From Azolla caroliniana (lineage: Eukaryota > Plantae > Polypodiophyta), in NCBI GenBank assembly GCA_043228905.1, contig JBHGNT010000001.1:2170001-2234000 (forward strand): DNA of 64,000 nucleotides, read 5' to 3'. This document shows positions 60,522-64,000 of the stretch, piece by piece (the stretch's first letter is position 1; each line of letters starts with the position of its first letter). The notes under the pieces are model-generated. The model was not told the origin of the DNA. It ran no database searches and saw nothing but the letters and a program-made list of their open reading frames with translations. Position numbers and translations under genes: made by a program.

Positions 60522-62334
60522 ATTATGGAATTCATACATGGTTATTAAAACAAGTGAAATAAGGAAATACATGATTTTTTGTACTTTTTCAAGCAATCAA
60601 AATTGATAATAGAAGCCAGATTGTGTTACATGTTACTTTCACACGTCTCATCATAAAAAATCAACCTCAAATTTTCACTAGAAAGCTTGACAAAAGATTC
60701 AATAACATGCCCCTTAGAATTCCCTTTCTAAGCCGCCATCATGTAGATGATGTTATTTGTCCTTTTCTTGGCAACTCAATTCTAACATCTTTTGTACATG
60801 CATATACACATTGTTGCCCTATTCTTCGATGAATTTTGATTAGTGTACAACACACTAGAGGTATCTTGCACGCATTGGTTTGAATACACACTATGTCAAT
60901 ATGTAAAAAAAATATATGCCTATTCTGTCACAATTCACAAGTGTAGGTTCACATTAGGTGGAAAAAGAAGCAAGATTGTGGCATCTCTTTCTACCCCTTT
61001 GGCTTCACCAATTTTTTTGCTCATGAGGGATGTACTATAGAAAACATTTATGGGTTTACGAAACAATACATTTTTTGTTTACATGACGTGAAAAGAAGAA
61101 AATACATAAGAGGGCATGCCCTTTTTCTCTTTGTGTTTGGAATACTTTATCCATAAGCTTTATGTGAAAGCACTATTTTGTTAGACGTACATAATGCAAT
61201 GAAACAAACATTTTTGACCTATTCTTGCATTTGGGGTGCACATAACTTCGTAAGACTGTTGTTGTGTAATTCAATGGACACGGTTCTAGTTGGTTTCAAA
61301 ATGTAATGTAGGGTAACTTAATATACATATTTGTGCGGATATGCAAGAGTTTAGAGAACACTTGGTACTACATATTTTACACGCCACATTTTAAACTAGA
61401 TGTTAAATTATATATTGGGCATATGAATGAAACACATATTGTTTAATACTACACAACCTTTGCATTTTTGGCTTTATCCCTTGTCTAATTAATTACACGT
61501 GTGTATTATCTTCGTTGTCATTCTCTAGGTTTTATTATTATGTGCACATGCATTCCATTGACATAGTCAGTGTATAAATTTGAAGGGGGCGCATTCCATT
61601 CTATGTTTGGCCTATAGGCAAGGTGGGGAACAAGGTAGAACTTCTGTCGTATAGGTGGGGAAAAACAAAAGGGCGAAAACCACGTGCAAATGCAAACATT
61701 TGCATAAAAAGGAGGTGACCATGTTGTAAAAGATTAGATATACTTGGTAGGCATTTGGGCATTAAGGGTTCATGTGAAAGGATGAAAAGTGTATTTAGAC
61801 GCTAAAAATGTAAGAGGTTTAGAATATTTGCAAGAATTTTCCATAGACATGAGGGGAGATGATCATTTACATGCATGGTAGTGGGGTTTGATCTTAGTTT
61901 GAACAAAATGAGGGAAAAAATTCAAATGTGAGGTTGACGAGTTAGAACTTATTCACTATCCGCGTCTGAGAAGCAGTATCTACCTTAGTTCCTTTGTCCA
62001 TTTAGTCATTTCGTTGGCATGTGGTCAATTAGCCTCACTCGTCAAGTTATTGGGCTTTTCTAGAACCTCTTCTTCTTTTTCTTTGCATCATTGACTTTGG
62101 CCTTTGTTAGTTCATTTCTTGTTGTCATCTAACTATATTGTATGTGGGTTCACATCTTAGAGGTATAGGGTTGGTTACACTTTGATGTTTACTAGACACC
62201 ACATGTCATCGATCCGACATTTATAACCAATTTATTTTATAGGTTTTGTTTCTCATAACATAACGACCACAAAGGATCCTTTGAGTCTATGATTTGTGCT
62301 ACACGAGCATCAAGGTGGAATTGCCGCTATAACA

Positions 62335-62645
62335 ACGACATAAACACAGAGAGATACATGGAGTTACACGTACATGTACAATACAAAGATACATGGATAT
62401 GAGAAAGTACAAATGCAGATACGTGAAAGAGACAATATGTGATACAAACACAAGTAGAGCATATACAAGATACAAACTCCAAGGTTGAAAGGTATACATG
62501 TATAAGATACAAGAAGATTGAGATACATGTATGCGTGTGAGTAGAGATATACAAGAAACATATTGAGTGATACAAAGATCAATGAACCCTAGTGTACAAA
62601 TATATACACATATAAAGAGAGATACATAGAGTCATATGTAGGACA
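62335..62645. repeat. Degenerate short-period repeat (GATACA(A/T)-rich)
   Basis: Many AGATACA/ATACAAG motifs. The short minus-strand Y/C/V-rich ORFs here are artefacts of it. Confidence 0.6.
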
Positions 62646-62796
62646 CAAGCATCTACAACGGTTTGTGAGTTCAATGGACTCATCATCATCATGTATCTAG
62701 TTAGCTATGTAGTATGCATATCTCATCATCTTCATCATGTATCTAGTTTAGAAATAAATAAAAAAATTGTCATTAGAGTAAACATTTTACAGTATT

Positions 62797-64000
62797 TTAA
62801 ACTCTATGTGATCGACGGGGAAACAACCATTTCGGAGGTTGAACATGCCAAGAAGGAGTCCGGTAATTGGATGTCATGAATGGAGTAGTTGTCCAGATGA
62901 TAAGAAACGCATGCGGTTGAGCAAGTTTAGCATTAGAATCTCCAAATATACCATCCCATTGACCTTTCAAAGTATGAACTATGTCTAACCAAATATTTGA
63001 AACCAATTCTTTTTTTTTTCTTGGAAAATACCCTTTCATTAGTTATAAACAATTATTACACTAAAGCTCACCCACCGGCAAGCTACCATTGATATGTTGC
63101 ATTCTTCCTTAGGTCCCATCCCTCAAGGAGAAAGAGTATGAACATTCCACCACTCCTTAACCAAGTTATGTGATTGGTGGTGGGAACAACCATACTGGTG
63201 GTGCTAAGCACCATTTGGGTCTTGAAATTTGTAATGTGAGAAAAGGGGCATTCTTCCAATAGGCAATAAATTCAAGGCGTTGCAACATTGCAACATCTGT
63301 TTCGCCTTTAATATCCTCATACCGCCCTTTCAAGGTATGTGTATACCGCCCTCATACCATCTCCATCCAAACATTCCATACACTTTCCACTGAATGAACA
63401 ATAGTATTACCAAACACCTTAGAACACCTAACAATCCAAATAAACCACATTGTGGTGGTGCATAGCAGCTCCCATAGTTCTCGCATTGCCTTTAACATGT
63501 AAGGAGCTTCCATATGACTTCGTTGCGCCACCATTATCATTCCTCTTATAATTGTGTCATTTGGACATGCCTCATATGGCCACATCATTTGTGCCATTGT
63601 AGCCCATACTACCATACCCCATGAAAAATTGCAATCCCTAAACATAAAGGCTAGAACTCGAAACACCTGTCTCCAAACTTGTTGTGCAACATGACATTCC
63701 CACAAGCAATGTTTCAATGTCTCCATTTGACAACTACAATAGATGCATGCAGTCGGTCCAGCTGATTGTTGCATCCACAGTCTGGCCAATTGGTAATGCT
63801 CTATGTATTACTAGCCATTGGAAGACATTAGGAACTCGGATGTGACCCCTTGATGGGTCCAAAATTGACTAGCCCGTGGTGTAGTCCTACGTTGAGCTGC
63901 CAAAATGTGTCATCCAATCTTAACTGAGTACTGAAAAAAACCACACATTTTTCCGCACGATCAAACGAATCCTTCCACCAAAATTCTCTCGGATCCCATT
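62797..64000 (-). mobile_element. Degenerate L1-type LINE ORF2 3' fragments (zf-RVT zinc finger), probably two related 3' ends
   Basis: ORF 63352-63789 contains CIYCSCQMETLKHCLWECHVAQQVW (CCHC zf-RVT) and MWFIWIVRC. ORF 62797-63039 NIWLDIVHTLKGQW resembles NVWMEMV..HTLKGRY at ~63320-63375. Stops and frameshifts are present. Confidence 0.85.

Overview
This is AT-rich eukaryotic genomic DNA from a land plant, most likely a fern. That call rests on PLS-class PPR genes with elongated L motifs, the intron-rich gene models and the L1-type LINE debris; the species cannot be determined. Seven protein-coding genes were read from the sequence: (1) a multi-exon LGL/tomosyn-like WD40 + C-terminal SNARE gene (minus, 1124-13782); (2) a PLS-E PPR editing factor (plus, 17630-20557); (3) an Agenet/PHD/GNAT IDM1-like histone acetyltransferase (minus, ~22491-34327); (4) a plastid PotD/ENF2-like polyamine-binding protein (plus, 39277-43233); (5) a GPI-type stellacyanin-like phytocyanin (minus, 44578-47022); (6) a second PLS-E PPR (plus, 50660-53275); (7) an intronless non-RD receptor-like kinase (minus, 55061-57664). 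Tandem repeats, a tRNA-like SINE head, a probable LTR remnant and LINE fragments lie between or within them. The three most unusual observations are: (a) a 450-bp TG...CA fold-back element with ~130-bp terminal inverted repeats, a 5-bp target-site duplication and a branched hairpin core, inserted in a minisatellite; (b) a ~336-aa Asp/Asn/Ser-rich ~17-aa repeat ORF that can splice in frame onto the IDM1-like acetyltransferase, with its distal half decaying by frameshift; (c) an SD-2-type kinase whose lectin ectodomain is replaced by repeats with polybasic motifs and whose activation segment is ~103 aa long. Exon boundaries were inferred by eye from GT-AG sites and reading frame. No database searches were run.
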